64,000 bases of DNA from Kondoa subrosea (lineage: Eukaryota). The DNA is taken from positions 620,001 to 684,000 of the forward strand of contig BCIN01000006.1 of NCBI GenBank assembly GCA_039545335.1, read 5' to 3'. The translations under genes were made by a program, and so were the position numbers. Shown here piece by piece: positions 40,642 through 54,240 of this stretch. The notes below the pieces were generated by a model. The model saw only the letters and a list, made by a program, of their open reading frames with translations. It ran no database searches and was not told where the DNA came from. Positions within the stretch are counted from its first letter, which is position 1; each line of letters starts with the position of its first letter.

Positions 40642-43373
40642 TTATACATTCTTCTTCTGCAGCTTGACCGATGTTTCATTGGTGAAGTGATGTCTAACAT
40701 CCTTGGAACAGAATGCTGCTGCGATAGCTGCGACCGAAAAGGGGATCGACACCAGATAGACGATGCGGTACGCGTATGCTGATCCGTAGAGTTTTGCTCG
40801 AGCTTTGAGCATTCTGTTAGTCGGAGAGCCACATTACAACGTCGCAACTGACCAGCTGCAGCAAGAATTGCTGGTGTTACGCCCGCTACCGAAGACGTAT
40901 CTCCTCCCGTAGCTAAGAAAGCAGCCAAGAATGCGGAGACTGAAGACTGTGGCAAACCATTCGAGAGGACAGCTTGCGTTATTCGGGCTGGGACGGCAGA
41001 AGCGATTTTCTGACAGGGATCAAATTGAGCTCAAGCAGCGATAAATAGAACTTACATTGTTCAAGACCGCGATGTAGATCGGAACACTGATTGCACCACC
41101 TTGTGACCATCTGTCAGACAAGCTCAGACGGTGGCACTTTTCAAAAATTACCTGCAAATCTAGCTGTATTCAGAACTCCCAATGCCACGCCAATATCTTG
41201 TGGCTTGTTTGCGAAAGACCCGTGCATGAATGTAAGATTGACCTGGACGAGGTAATCAGTTTAATTAGCCCCATTGATGAATTAGACTATGCTGACAACT
41301 GAAGGACAAGCAGATCAGCCGTACGATTTGCTTAGCTACCACTTAGACTCACTTAGAATGTAAGGAATATTTGCCAACAAGATAAGTACGATTCCGAGAG
41401 TACGCGTGTTCGGAGTCAAGACAGCGAGACAGGCCAAGAAGACACCTTGCCAGATGTTCGCTATGACCAGCTGCCAGCGCGTACTTCCCAAATACGGCGC
41501 CAAAGCTCCGATGACTACACCACCTATGAGAAATCCAGCCTGCCATGATCAAAAATGGTGTGAGCAGTAACTCTAACACATGAGACGTCTTGCGTACGCC
41601 TTGAGGTATTCCCAGAAGTCCTGTGAGCTTATACAGTCAGTAAACAGCTTCATTGCCCCTATCAAGCGAACTTACCAACTTCTATAGCATCCGACGCGTA
41701 AAATTGGCCGACCTGAATAGGCCAAATAACTGCGGGAAATAAGTATTATCTTTGTTGGTTCGTTGACCGCTTACTTGCGCCCGAGAAGAAAACCATTCCG
41801 GCGACGACTGAGGCAAGACAACAAGGCTAAATCAGTCAATCGATAGATGCAAACAACAACTGTGACTTACAAACAACAACAATTGTCGAAGTGAAGCCCC
41901 TGAAGTTATTACGAAACAGCCGCGGAGGTATTAGAGCTTCGTCGTCTTTCTTTCTGCACCAGAAGCCCAACGCAATCAGGCACAAAGCGCCAACCACGAC
42001 TGGAACATATGTGTGAGGGTCGGTCCATTGGTATAGACCTCCCCCGTAAACGATACCAAGCAGGAGGATAATAATTCCAGCGCTGAAGAGAAAGACACCT
42101 ATCCAGTCTATTGACATTAGCTCTTGTAGCTTGGTTCGCCCTTCTGGCATAGGCCTTTCTTCAGGACGATAGAACAAGAAAATGAGCACAAAACCCATCG
42201 CTCCTTGTGCGACGCCAAGCCAATATATGATCTTGTATGTCGATCGTTGAACAATGACATGTGCTATGGCAGAGCCTCCTAAATAACCAAGTGGTGCGAT
42301 GCTGTGGCATAAAGGATTTCAAGCTAAAAGTCGACCATGGCGAGCAAAAGACTCACGATAATTCTAGCAAGGCAATACCTAGTGCTCTTTGCTTATTCGG
42401 TAAAATTTCGGAAGCGGCAGCAATCTGAAGTTCATTAAGGAAATTAGTAACTCAATATACCGTGATCTCTTTCGACTGACAGCACCTGCAAAGAAACAGT
42501 GTTTCTTTGAATTTGGATCTGACGAAATACGCGTTGGAGCCTACCATTAGCGATTCCACCTGCGATTCCACATAGTCTATATAACGCTGTAGTTGGAATC
42601 GACCTAGTCAAGGAAAGACTTACGCAGCGCCTCCGATGAGAGTAGCATACGTCGACGCCGTACCACTGACGAGAGATCCGACGAGCGAGAGGACATTCGA
42701 AGCGAGGAAGAAGTTCCTTCGACCGAGAATATCTGACAAGCGACCAGCAATAGCGACAGTCACCTGCCAACAGATTCAGAGACGATTCCCGCTCAGTGAG
42801 ATCAAAATTTACAGCACAGGGTACAGTCCAGCTGAACTTCGAGTTCAGCACCAGACAGAGATAAGAAGCAACGGAAATACGCTGATGAAATCCAGCTAAC
42901 TTGCGCAACAGCGTCTGGCCCGTAATCTAGAGAAACGGAAAATGGATGAATCTCATCAGACAATGGTCCTGCTGCCAAAGACATATTCAACATACGAGAT
43001 GCAATCGTTGTGCTCACGTAGGCAGTCATATCGGCAGTTATTGCGAGATTCATGCCTAGCCAAAAGTAAGTATTCAGCCAAACTGTAAGATCAGCTCGAT
43101 CACTCACCGTATGTAAAGGCCAGGCCCAAGACCGCTAGCCTGCAAGCCGACGTCAATTCTTATCCAATGTAAGGCCAGTGAGATCGCATCCTTACCATAT
43201 TTTGGTCTAGAAGACAGGTCTTTTGGAAAGCGACGAAAGAAACAATACGGATCTCTCACCTTCGAGGCAGGCGTATTCTGCTCTTGTGACACTTCAGCAA
43301 TTACTCCCTTATAATCATCGAGCTCCAAAGCCTCGGGATCGTCGCCTTGTTTACTCAGATTTTGCGGCGACAT
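40642..43373 (-). CDS. MFS transporter, 14-TM TRI12/DHA2-like efflux family, multi-exon
   Basis: IAGRLSDILGRRNF; AASEILPNKQR; FYRP..RP...IDWIGVFL; GGGLYQW; PPRLF; AYAYRIVYLVSIPF. Confidence 0.82.
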
Positions 43374-43425
43374 CGAAATCCGCGTTCAGAGGTGAGAAGA
43401 GGGTCTCCGTATCGCTGCTACTGCT

Positions 43426-43593
43426 ACCGAGGGGCGCCGGCCACCATATCGCGCCAGTTGAAGACTAAATGGAAAAGTTTCTGGTCAAATACCGAGGGCA
43501 TCTTTGATGATCTTGATGATACCTCGGTATTCACACGAGCGTTAAACATTTCGGGCGCTAACGAGGTTCTCCGTTTCTCGCACTTGACCGAGG
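43426..43593. promoter_or_regulatory. Cluster of four ACCGAGG/CCTCGGT motifs in a bidirectional promoter, including a 10-bp inverted repeat
   Basis: ACCGAGG at 43426, 43491 and 43587; CCTCGGT at 43522; AATACCGAGG (43488-43497) and CCTCGGTATT (43522-43531) are perfect reverse complements. Confidence 0.45.
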
Positions 43594-43686
43594 CTAAAGA
43601 AACTGTCCCACAGGCTACTCTATCTGCGCCTTTGACCTCTGAAACTCTGCTCTCTCGCTCCATCAAGCAAGATTAGTACTGCTCTT

Positions 43687-44466
43687 ATGACAATTTCTGC
43701 TGCACGCGTTGCCGCTCTTGAAGCGAGACTGGCTTATCTCGAAGCCAAAGATAAAGTCACAGGTAAGCCATCAGCTCTGTGTTTGTCGGCTTGAAGCGGC
43801 ACTCAAATGTCTTAAAGATATGCTACACGACTACGGCTATGCATTGGACACGTACCAGTTCGAAGCGTATCAAGCACTTTTTACTCCAGACTGCAAAATT
43901 GTAATGCCATTCTGTCGGTTTTCGATTGCGTGATTTGTCAGCAGAATTAATTTACATAAACTTATTCAGCTATTAAGAAGGGCAGAGAAGGCCTAGCAGC
44001 TTGGGGCGAAAAGGCGCTGGACAGATTCTCAGCCATGCTTCATCTCTCTGCCAACTTTGACATTCGGTTCTCGCCGCCGACCGACACTCCAGAAGGCCCA
44101 AAATACTACAAGGCAACTGTTCGATCAAAGCTCATTGCATATTGTCGGCTAGGGGACAAGCTGGGCGATAATTTCAATGAAGGTCAGTCCATTTTGAGTC
44201 TTGACTATCCGCTGCCATCTGAATTTTGCCGACTGGACCAGGCGGGATCTATGATTGGGCACTGGTCTATTCAGACGAAGACCAGGCTTGGAGAATCAAA
44301 GAACAAACACTCACATTAGCGTATACGTAGGCTCTTCCTATATATGCAGTATCGAATGGATTTGACCCTTTCTCACAGCGTTGGAGAAGACGCGGGCCTC
44401 AATGAAAAATGGGATGAAGCACCGGTCAAGCAGGCGAACGGTGTTGGCAACGGGATTCACAGCTGA
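43687..44466 (+). CDS. SnoaL-like / NTF2-fold protein
   Basis: MTISAARVAALEARLAYLEAKDKVT|DMLHDYGYALDTYQFEAYQALFTPDCKI..; MLHLSANFDI; ATVRSKL; GGIYDWALV...WRIK. Confidence 0.75.
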
Positions 44467-44560
44467 TTAAACCATTCATCGTTCATTTTGGGCTGCTTGT
44501 AAGATGCATTTGATATAGAAGATTAAGTACATTGGCTGTGATTGCGATAGATTTTTCGTC

Positions 44561-47187
44561 TTATCTATACACTGGCCCCGATTGTTGATACGACATTTGA
44601 GGTTGGACGTTCGCATGAGACCAGTTCGAGAGAAAGTTGTGAGTAGAAAAATCCTTGTCAAACAGATCCAATAGGTTTTCGCTTGACGCCTGAGTATCGA
44701 AGAAAGCATCGAAGAAGGTGTTATTGCCTGCTGTTCCTTGAGTCGAAGGCGCATCTCCTCCATATCCAGGCATTTGCGCATGCGAAAAGGGTATGGTTGT
44801 AATTGCTCGGACAGGAAGATTGCTAGCTACAGACGCACGAGTTTTTGTAACATCTGTGAGAAGAGCACTGAACGATGCTTTCGTTTGGCCGTTGCTGGAA
44901 GCTTGTCTGTGATCCAGAACTTGCAAGAGCAATTGACTGAGTTCATACGTTTCTCGACCGACTCTTGAAGTAAAGCCGGAGACAAAGTATTGTGAACGCC
45001 TGAATACCTCAATGCTTTGCATCACGATGGAGTATTTTTCGGCCACATCTTTTTGACCGCGAACGATGGCCAAAAACAAAGTATGGAATAGGACGAGATG
45101 TGCTGTCAGAAGGTGTGCGGCAAAGTAGTCGATACATATACCCTGTCGACGACATTGAATATCCTCCTTGATCAGCTTATGATAGACCTACAGCGTTGAT
45201 GATCACCAAGTGATTTTCGAGCATTTGCCTTGCAGCTCGATAAGCCGCTGGACCGCTGATTGAGTACTTTCCGTCTTTGCCAAGATAACTCCGATCTATA
45301 CAAGTGTGTTAGTTCAATTCACTTGAGGCAGAATTAGGACAAACGGAGTCGCAAGATTCTGTGTTGAACTGCTTGCTCGACAATGATACGTTGAATTTGA
45401 TACTTGAGAGGTTCAGGTTGTGTAGGTTGGAACGATGTCTTCAGGCAATCCGGTATATCTCGCAAGACGGATCGGAACAGACGATCGAATTGCAGTACTT
45501 CCTGAACAAGTCGTTAAATCAGCAAGATCATCAGAGCTGGTAAAAGAGATGGCAATACTTCATACGACAATGCATGATCACCCAAGTATGCTCTCTGGAA
45601 GTATTCTCGATGCGCAATAGCCAGCTTGAAACGGCCTAATTCGATGAGTTGGTCAGACATCTGGGTTGAAGGAAGACCAAAATCGACGTTGGTAGGCAGG
45701 AAGGGAATGTCGGCGTCATTGCAATTTTGTGGTAAGATGCCTTTACACATGTAGTCTGGTACAGCGGTCGTTGCTCCATAGTCGCTTGCACTGATTGCAT
45801 CGATGAAAATAATGAGATTCCACAACCGTTTACCGACTTCAAGTTTGATGGGACTATTGCCTGGAGGCAGAGCAATATCGTCTGGGATGATTGCGTTCGG
45901 ATCGCTCAATCGGTGCAGACCAAGAAGGGTTGCTGTTCTAAAGGCGAGGGAGAGAAGAAGGTAATAGCCATCCAACTCGCTACTAGTGTTTCTTCCACTA
46001 ATCGTGTACTGTGTAAGCGTAACTAACACAGGGACCGGCTGAACACCTACTTATGAAAGCAGTAATGCGATAACATAAGAATCGCTTGGATAGCTCGAAA
46101 TTGCGGTCGGATGCTTGCTTGACCTTGCGCAAAAACTCGCTGACTCGCGGCAAAGTAGATACCAGGCAAAGTCTGAACTTGAGCATCGGTGATTCCAAGC
46201 TGAGATGAGATTTCTCGATGTTGAGGGGTATGATTGATGGCGAGAGACATCATTAGGAGAACGATGCAGAGAAACATGGGATCTGTCTCTTCTATTCTAC
46301 CTGCTTCGACCAATTCCAAGAACAATTGTACCTGATTCTTGAATGTTGGTTCGTGATTGCACGACCAATGGCATGCTGCTTTCATGAAGTAAATATTGAT
46401 TAAGAATCGCACTGTCGAGCTTCGTATATCGCATCCGGATAGACATTCAGCTAGAGTTGTGTTGTGCATGGCGACGTCCAAAGGAAAGTCAGATCGAGAA
46501 GCAATTGGCACAGGCTTGAGCACAGAGTAATATCTATCGAGCTGACTGTGCGCAGAAGGAGAAGCTCGGCTCGAAGATAGATGCTGGGATGAAGGAGAGA
46601 AAGGTTGGGCTGGACGTTTTCCCATCGCAAAGTCCTCAAGTACAAGAGCAGCTTCCTCGACCAGCAGACCCTCTTCTCCGTCTTCATGTACGCCGTTTCC
46701 ATTTGGGGATGGATCTTGATGAGGATGATTGCTATTAGAATCCTCGGTAGATGGTAAAGAAGCAGCTTGAAGTTCTGCCAACAGATGTGGGACTTCGCTC
46801 CCGCTAGCTTTTGCAGTCAAATAGGCCACAATCTTCTCTTGTGCATCTTGTAAACGAGAAATTTGACTTTGTAGCGAAGCGACTTCTGTACGTGCAGCAA
46901 ATGCAGGTACAGGTGTTGCATATTGACCTGATCGAATGAAGAACATCAACGCAACGTAAAGCTTCGAGGCACAGTACATACGTTCTTCCTGGTAGCAAGT
47001 GCTTTCCTCTCCTCGTCTGATGCAATTGGAGCAAGGCGCTTCCTTGTTGCATTTCACCTGATAAACTTTATTTAGACCTTACAATGTCATATGAGAAGCA
47101 AATGCTCGAGCTCACCTTGCGAACTTTACACGAGTTGCAGGACAACACCAGCCGAGGCCTTTTGCTGGATCCCGAAGCTGCAGACAT
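44561..47187 (-). CDS. Zn(II)2Cys6 transcription factor
   Basis: MSAASGSSKRPRLVLSCNSCKVRK|VKCNKEAPCSNCIRRGEESTC; AFRTATLLGLHRL; EVGKRLWNLI. Confidence 0.9.
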
Positions 47188-47409
47188 GATCGCGCGCAAT
47201 TTCCGAGATCCGACTGAAGCTCTGGCTTGGTGAGATAGGCGCTCCTATTAGCTTATACAGCGCTCTCTCTTGTTGCTTGAGCTGTTGAAACGAGACTCGT
47301 GTTGGTTGCTTCAAAATAAGGAGAAATAAGGCATCGGGAAAGATTTGCAACTCGGCAAAGAAATTTCACTAAGCGCCTTCTTTGCAGGAGGGAGTACAAG
47401 TATATGGCT

Positions 47410-49032
47410 CTAAGTCATGAGAACACCCAGGACAAGTATGGCAAAGAACTCGGAAACCGAATATCGCAACGAAGTTAAACCAGGTGAACCTATAATCAAA
47501 GGGCTTGATGATGAATGGAGATATATATATATACAAGAGCACTGACCAGCAAGTGTCATACTTCCCGCGTCTTTCGAAGATGTAGCCATTCTCGAAGTTC
47601 GAGCGGAGGTCGATGTTGTTTCGGGATCCGAATCGTCTTCTGGTAATTGTGACAAGACGGCTGCGGATGCGTCTGAAGGAGAAGATGCGCTTGCAGCTTG
47701 CTGAAGTTGCGCTTCCGGAGAGGGTGTAGGAACACCGGTATTGACTGGAGTCGAGACAGCTGAATTTCCAGCGACAGTACTCCCTCCAACATTTGCTTGT
47801 GGTGCTGCCGCTGCTTTGCCATTATATAACGGAGGCCCAGCTAGAACACATGTTCAAAAACCGCTATCGCTGGCAAGAGCGACTTACGGATCTGGTAGCC
47901 TGTCATATCGCCTGACCAGATATTTACGGCGTCCACAGTTATGGTAGGAATCTTGACAGCATTTTGTGTAGGCTTCAGAGTTCCCGAAGATGCGAGCTGA
48001 ATCTACGTATAGACGCTCAGCGCATTAGCAGCTAGCAAGCAAACAAAACTTGCCTGGACGCAGACCTATCATATTATTTTAGTCAAAACTCTGCAAGAGA
48101 AGGAATACGCTGACAGGATAAGACTGAGGTGCACCATGAAGAGCAATCAGCTCTTCTCTCAGTAAATAAGCTCCCGGCGCAAAATCAGATGGAATAGTAG
48201 TAGAGTATTTCTGTCAAATTCTATTAGAATACGATAAGAGCGTTTCGTTGCGCTGAGAAAGCTCACCAGATTTGCAGTAATCTGGGCAGTTGCCCATTTC
48301 CCATCTGTGAATCCTGCTTCATCGGTTTTCACCCAATCCAAGGTGGAAGCATCAACACCAGTACATGAATCGCCGCTGAAAGAGCTAGTCAGAATTAGAC
48401 TTGATTTCAAGTTAACAGGAAATACCATGAAGCCATATAGTGCAATACAGGTCCTGTACAAGTGATCAGCAATCGCTCATCTACTCACGAGAAGAAGATT
48501 CACCTAGATGTTCTCCTGGCCAAGCGTTCCAATTGAAAGTCACAGTTGATCCACCTTTAGCAGCAGCATGTGTAGAAGTCTTGACTTTATCGCTATTGCA
48601 AGCTGCTGCTTTATCGGTCAAAGCTACCGGTCCATCTGAATTAACTTCTCTGACTGCTAATTCTGGCATTGGATCTGGAGCTGAATACCACAGAATCAGA
48701 GTAAGGCTATACCAGCGGTCTGATCAGAGATAGACTTACGAGGCGCATAAGGCTAGAGAGGCAGGCTCAGCAATTAGTGTTCCTCCATGACAGAAAATAC
48801 GGACTATATATGCATCGTACGATTGTCCGTCCTAAATAAAGGCATAGAAGGTCAAGAAGACTTCATCTTGTCGAGACGAGAACGTACGATATCGACTGTC
48901 TATGAGTTCATATATTAGTCTGCTTATTCAATAAGCGTAAATGGAATCGAAGCGTACCTTGACATGACCATGAGCCAGAACCGTGCTTGAGAATACGATA
49001 ATGGATAAAAGGCCATTCGTCAAAAGAAACAT
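47410..49032 (-). CDS. AA9 lytic polysaccharide monooxygenase with Ser/Thr linker and hydrophobic C terminus
   Basis: Signal MFLLTNGLLSIIVFSSTVLA followed by mature HGHV (His brace); DGPV; ACN; FNWNAWPGEHL|GP; LIALHG|A; QFYP-like and YPGAYTK-like segments; C-terminal FFAILVLGVLMT*. Confidence 0.85.
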
Positions 49033-49382
49033 TTCTTTCTGTTTGCCCGGGTTGATAAGCAGAGGAGAAATAAGAGGAGAGGGAGAAACCAAGAAGAGCG
49101 CGGAGCGAGCATGGACTGTTCAAGCAAAAAACATCACCTGTTCAACAAAGGGATAACTTTTCGCGACAAGATCATCTGATGAGTCAGTAGAGCAGCTGAA
49201 TATCAGATGCGTTGTATCAGCTTACTTTCGTGTCCTCAATGAAAGAGCTTGCCAGGGAGAAAAGGCATGGAATCCCAAAGTCGAAGACATCTATCAGTTT
49301 CCCGAAGCATTCAAGCTCAACTTGAATCTACCGCTCGGAGCAACATCAAGAGTCGAAAAGGCGAAGGAACGAGCGGCGTGAC

Positions 49383-49667
49383 ATGGCAGAGAATATAGAG
49401 AGGACGAAACAGCCAGCAAAGGAATATCAAGATTGTTTGCAATGTCGCATTCTCGGTACAGCAACAATGGCAGGATTGGGTACATATGCATATGTAGAAG
49501 CCAAGCGATTGCCTGTAGACGTAAAGTTTGGCAAGCAATGGACTCCCCGATCATTGAGAGCGGTCGGTACAGGTCAATCAAGTCTTTGATGCCCAGATGA
49601 ATGATATGCTAATATTACAGTTTGTGCAGTCTTCTACATTGCAGCCCTCTATCGAGCCTTCATATAA
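49383..49667 (+). CDS. Small DUF4536/DMAC1-like membrane protein
   Basis: DCLQCRILGTATMAGLGTYAY...; two exons; ends AALYRAFI*. Confidence 0.7.
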
Positions 49668-49670
49668 CAC

Positions 49671-50676
49671 TCAAGCAGGAGAAGGTGATCTCGAAATATA
49701 GCGATCTTGATCTTCTGGTTCTGGCGAAGGACTGATATACCTCTCGCCATTCGGACTTGCAGCTCTTGAAGATCCACCACTTTCAACAGAAGGGCTTCTC
49801 GAGACGTATCTATCGCTTTCATCCCCACTTCTGCTTCTCGATCTCCTGCGACCTCGATCCTCTTCCGAATCGCTTCCATCCAGATCAACACCCATCGCTT
49901 TGGCTAGTTTGGATCTTCTTTTCGGTAATCCTTCACTCTGTTCCAATATCCGCCGTTGCGTCAACCGAGGAAGCTGCTGTCCGCAAACTCTTTCTTCATT
50001 CAAGAGCTGATCCGCAAATTCATCAATGGTCATTATTGAATAGGCGCCATCTATATCTCATATCAGATACTGCAAGAGTAATAAAACTAGGCAAGGTGAA
50101 AACGCACCTATCCCTCGAAACCTCAGCTTTCGATAATCGTCTAATAAGGGTTCTAGTATTTCATAGACGTCTATAGCTGGGAAAGTCATTCGAACATAAT
50201 ACATAGCCAAAGCTCGTAGATATCTACATCGTTATCAGCCAACGTGACAGGTATCGAATGGCTGAGGGCCACTCACTTGAACTCTTCCGCTCGAAGATAT
50301 TCCAATATAATTTCCTTCTCAGGTTGTAACTGCAGCAGCTTCAAGACCAAGCATAACCATTCCGTCGGTCTCGTGTTTGCGTAAGTCCCACCAATGTAGT
50401 TCACTTCCAAGGCCTTGTCAATGACAGATTCAGCTGTTAAAGCGAAACAATGCTCTTTCCAATAGTTGGAGTCCCAGATCCGATAGCGGACTGTAGTCTC
50501 GACCAAGAATTGAGGATTGCGACCATGGATAGAAGAGCTGCCAGCTGAGTGTGAGCATGCATTCGACCAAAATATCAATTTCGTAACTCACGCATCTACG
50601 AGCGAGAACAGGGTCAGATGGCAATACTGCGCATGTGCGAAGAGTGTAACATACCTTTGATAGTGGTATTGGCCAT
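49671..50676 (-). CDS. PRP38: Pre-mRNA splicing factor 38A
   Basis: MANTTIK|..IHGRNPQFLVE..RYRIWDSNYWKEHCFALTAE; CLVLKLLQLQPEKEII; DEFADQLLNEERVC..LPRL; RS-rich tail. Confidence 0.93.
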
Positions 50677-50842
50677 CTTAGATCACTCAATAGCTGGAAC
50701 GGGTAGAGGTGCAAGAAAGAGAACCGATCAAGTTAAAATCGTACAGTGCTTTAAAGCCGTAAATTTACAATGCAAAAGTCATGCTTCATTCATACATTCC
50801 CCCTTATCAAGCGACCCAGCGCGTAGTATTATCCCTTCTGCT

Positions 50843-53800
50843 TCACACAGTAATGCTGTCCGAAACAGTCCAAGTAACGACACCCTTTTCAGACTTTCTC
50901 TCGACGAAACTCTTGAATAAAGCGTCCATGCTTGCTTTGGTAGCAGAAGGGAACTTTTCAGCCAGTTGATTGATCAAATCAGGTTTGTTCTTGCAAGAGC
51001 TAGCTTTGATATAGGTGACACTGATCCGGAAAACTTGAGCTACAAGCAAGAAAGAGGTTAAGATGAGAGATGACTCACAAGTCCGCAAGACATTCAGCTG
51101 GGAAAGGTTTCTTCTTGTTTCCGCCTGAAGAAGAAGATCGTTCCATTCCTTCCGATTTGGCTTTACCAGCTTCGCCTTGTTTCTGAAGGGCAGCAACGAT
51201 TGGCTTGTTCTCCTTCTTGATTTCCGCTTTGCTGCCAACTTTGGAGACGAAAGTGAAAGGGTCGAGTGAAGTATGAGCATCTGTCAGTAACACGGAAACG
51301 CGGAATCAGCTACAAGCTGACACCAACTCCAATCGTGCTGACCATTCAAGAACTGAATCTGCATTCCTTCGAAAGATTTGAAAGCAGCTCGAGATGATCC
51401 ATTCTCCCAACAAGGACCTCTTTGAACAGGAACGAGAATCTTGGCAGCTTTGGCACGAGCGTTTGAGTCTTTGAGAGCACGATTGCGTTTCTGAAGAGCA
51501 CGTCTCTGAGTTTCAAATTGTTGTTCGCGCGCAGCTTCGTCTTCGGCCCGGTCTCCTTCATTGTCTTCATCAGCGAACCCAGAAACATATTCGACTTCCT
51601 GTGAGCAAACAGCAAAAGGAAATCAGACGAGCTGATAGATGTTCCAGCATCACTCACATCATCGTCACACATCCATCCAGCTTCTCCATCTTCTCCTTCC
51701 ATCAAAGAACCAGTGTCGCTTTCCGCTTCTTCCTCGACATCCGATCTCGCAGTATCGGAATTAACATCTTCACCATCAGCAACTTCATCATCCCAAGCTT
51801 CTTCGCTATCATAGTCATAATCGAAAATATCCGTATCTTTGTTGAAAGGTGCTCTTGGTCGAATGGCAGTGCTAGTCTTTGTGAAAGTACCCACATAACC
51901 AGGTCGGCGATCCGTATGATTGAAGTTGAGGACTTTAATGGGCACTTGATTTCGGTTGGCTAACATCTTGTACCATTTCGTTCCTCCTGTACCGGTCAAA
52001 TCACCTTCGCTAATGTTGTGCATGATTTCCTTGACAGAAGCTAGAGCTTTGGGTCGAGGATCATACTTCGGGATTTCAGTGACAGGTACAGTGCTGAGGA
52101 ATCCAGTGAGGAAGTCTGCAAGCTCAATGTCAACTCTGATATATGCCTGAGGCAGGCTTGACTTACTCTGCAAGGAAAGATCTGGCATGCTGTTAATCTG
52201 TACTTTGGAAGACTTCTCCGACTTGACTGAAATGAATTGGTTGATAGGAGCGACATCGACATTCTTTGCGACATTGAAGGCGAAGAAAGATCGATCGAAA
52301 TCAGAAAGTTCCTCTGTGCGACATATCAGTATATCCTCGTAGTGTGGCAAAAAATGTCAGACATACCAGACATAGCACGGACATGCTTAGCAGGCACAGC
52401 TGGAGCAGGAACTTTAGGCTTGACGAAAAAAGAGCCAAAAGCACCGGATTGCTTTTCCAAGAGCTAAGAAGCAAAGTCAGCCAATATCTCATTGCCAGTG
52501 GAAGCGACTCACAGCTGCCTTCTTCTTTTTCTATTGTGAATCGATTGGATCAGCATTACCCAATGGAGTTGAAGCGGAACGCACTTCTGCCTCTTTTTCA
52601 GCTTTTTCAGCCTCTTTCGCAGCTTTGGCTTCTTCCTTTTCAGCCTTTTTGACAGCAGCCGCAGCTTTCTTGGCTTCTTTCTCGACCTTCTTAGCTTCAC
52701 GTTCTGCTTTCTTGGCTGCTTTCTGTAGTCAAGGGCACACAGGCATTAGAGCTAAACTAATAACCCGCAGCGATGACATACCTCCTCCGGCGTCTCCTTG
52801 ACTTTCTCAGTCTTTTCCTCGTCGCCATCTTCTTTCTTAGCTTTCCCTTTCCCCTTTGCTTTCTTCTTCTTTTCTCCCTCTCCTTCTTCATCCTCATCAA
52901 TTTCAATAGCATCTTCCTTCTTCTTGCCCTTTTTGCTACTGCTCTCTTTCTCTTTCTTCTTCTTGCCATCGTCCAGTAGAGCTTTCTTCTCCTTCTCTTC
53001 CAAGCCTTCAATCAAAGACAAAGCAAGATCATGCAACCCCTCTCTTTCAGTCACGCGTTTCTCGACTCTCTCACTCCATTCAGTAGGTAAACCTTCACAG
53101 ACCAAAGTCTTGTAATCGTTCACATGCCAGCGATAAACGCACAACCCAGCAGGTAATTCTTTCTCGGTATCGAAGTCAGAAGGTAAGAGACCGTAATTGT
53201 TTCGGGTTGCGATGAGCTCTATCGTAGATTTTACCAAAGCTAACGGTAATACGTCAACCATTGGCACGTCGGCATCGATAGAAGCGGAAGAAGACGTTTG
53301 CGGTGCGAAAGTAGTCCGGAGCAATTTAGCCAGCTGATCCAGAGTCTTGTCGCTGTAGTTCACCATGATTAGGCGAAGCTGAAGTATTCAAGCAGAGGTA
53401 TACATACGATTCATGAATGATCTTCGCCAAAGCACCATGATGCTCTTCTGGTACTTCGTCCAGCGTGTCTTTCCTCTCACTAACATAAGTAGCGAATGCC
53501 AAACGTTCTGTCGGAGATAAACTTCCTGAATGAGCACGGCATGTGCAGTAAAGGAGTAATGACCTACGTTGTAAAGCAATAACCTGACCTTCCAGCTGAA
53601 TCGGTTTAGTCTTGTAGACCAATTTCTTATTCTTGAGTTCCAGAACAGTAGGTGCAGCCTTTTCCTTCTTAGCTTTTTTAGCAGGTGCAGGGTTACTCTT
53701 CGCTTCTGTCAAACCTTGATGTCATACCAAGCGCTACAAAGTCGCGTAGGCATGATCAAGACTGACCTGAATCTGGTTTACGCTTCTTCACTACTAAAGC

Positions 53801-53866
53801 ACCAGTAGCTTCAATCCCATCTTCTTGAGAAGCATCAGCCATAATCACGTCCTCTTGTTCACTCAT
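50843..53866 (-). CDS. Chromatin assembly factor 1 subunit A (Cac1/p150-like)
   Basis: Lys/Glu-rich coiled coil; KVLNFNHTDRRPGYVGTF; DIFDYDYDSEEAWDDE..GED; C-terminal winged-helix-like segment. Confidence 0.85.
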
Positions 53867-54240
53867 TGTTGGTTTTGAGATCAAAACCGGTGAAGTATTA
53901 GTATCAGAGCTAGAGGTAGAGTCTGCACGAGCGGGTCAATACATCATAGTGGCTTGCATAGCGCTGTCCGGTACTCACTAGATGGGGATAGGCCAGGAGT
54001 AGGAAGCGACATTTTCCAACGCAAAAACGAGTCAGAAATGAAGGCAAGGGAGGCTCAAGACGGAGCAATCGCGTCAGTGTGTGACTGTAGAAGCTTATAG
54101 GAAGGTATAGAGCGCCTTGGCTTGGTCTAATGTGGTGGTCAAATGAGGAAAGGCCTCTGTATTTTTCAGGAAGTTGGCTCAAGACGCGTCGACATTGGCA
54201 AACGGTTTCGTCTATAAGTCTATGCATGCATGTATGTAAC

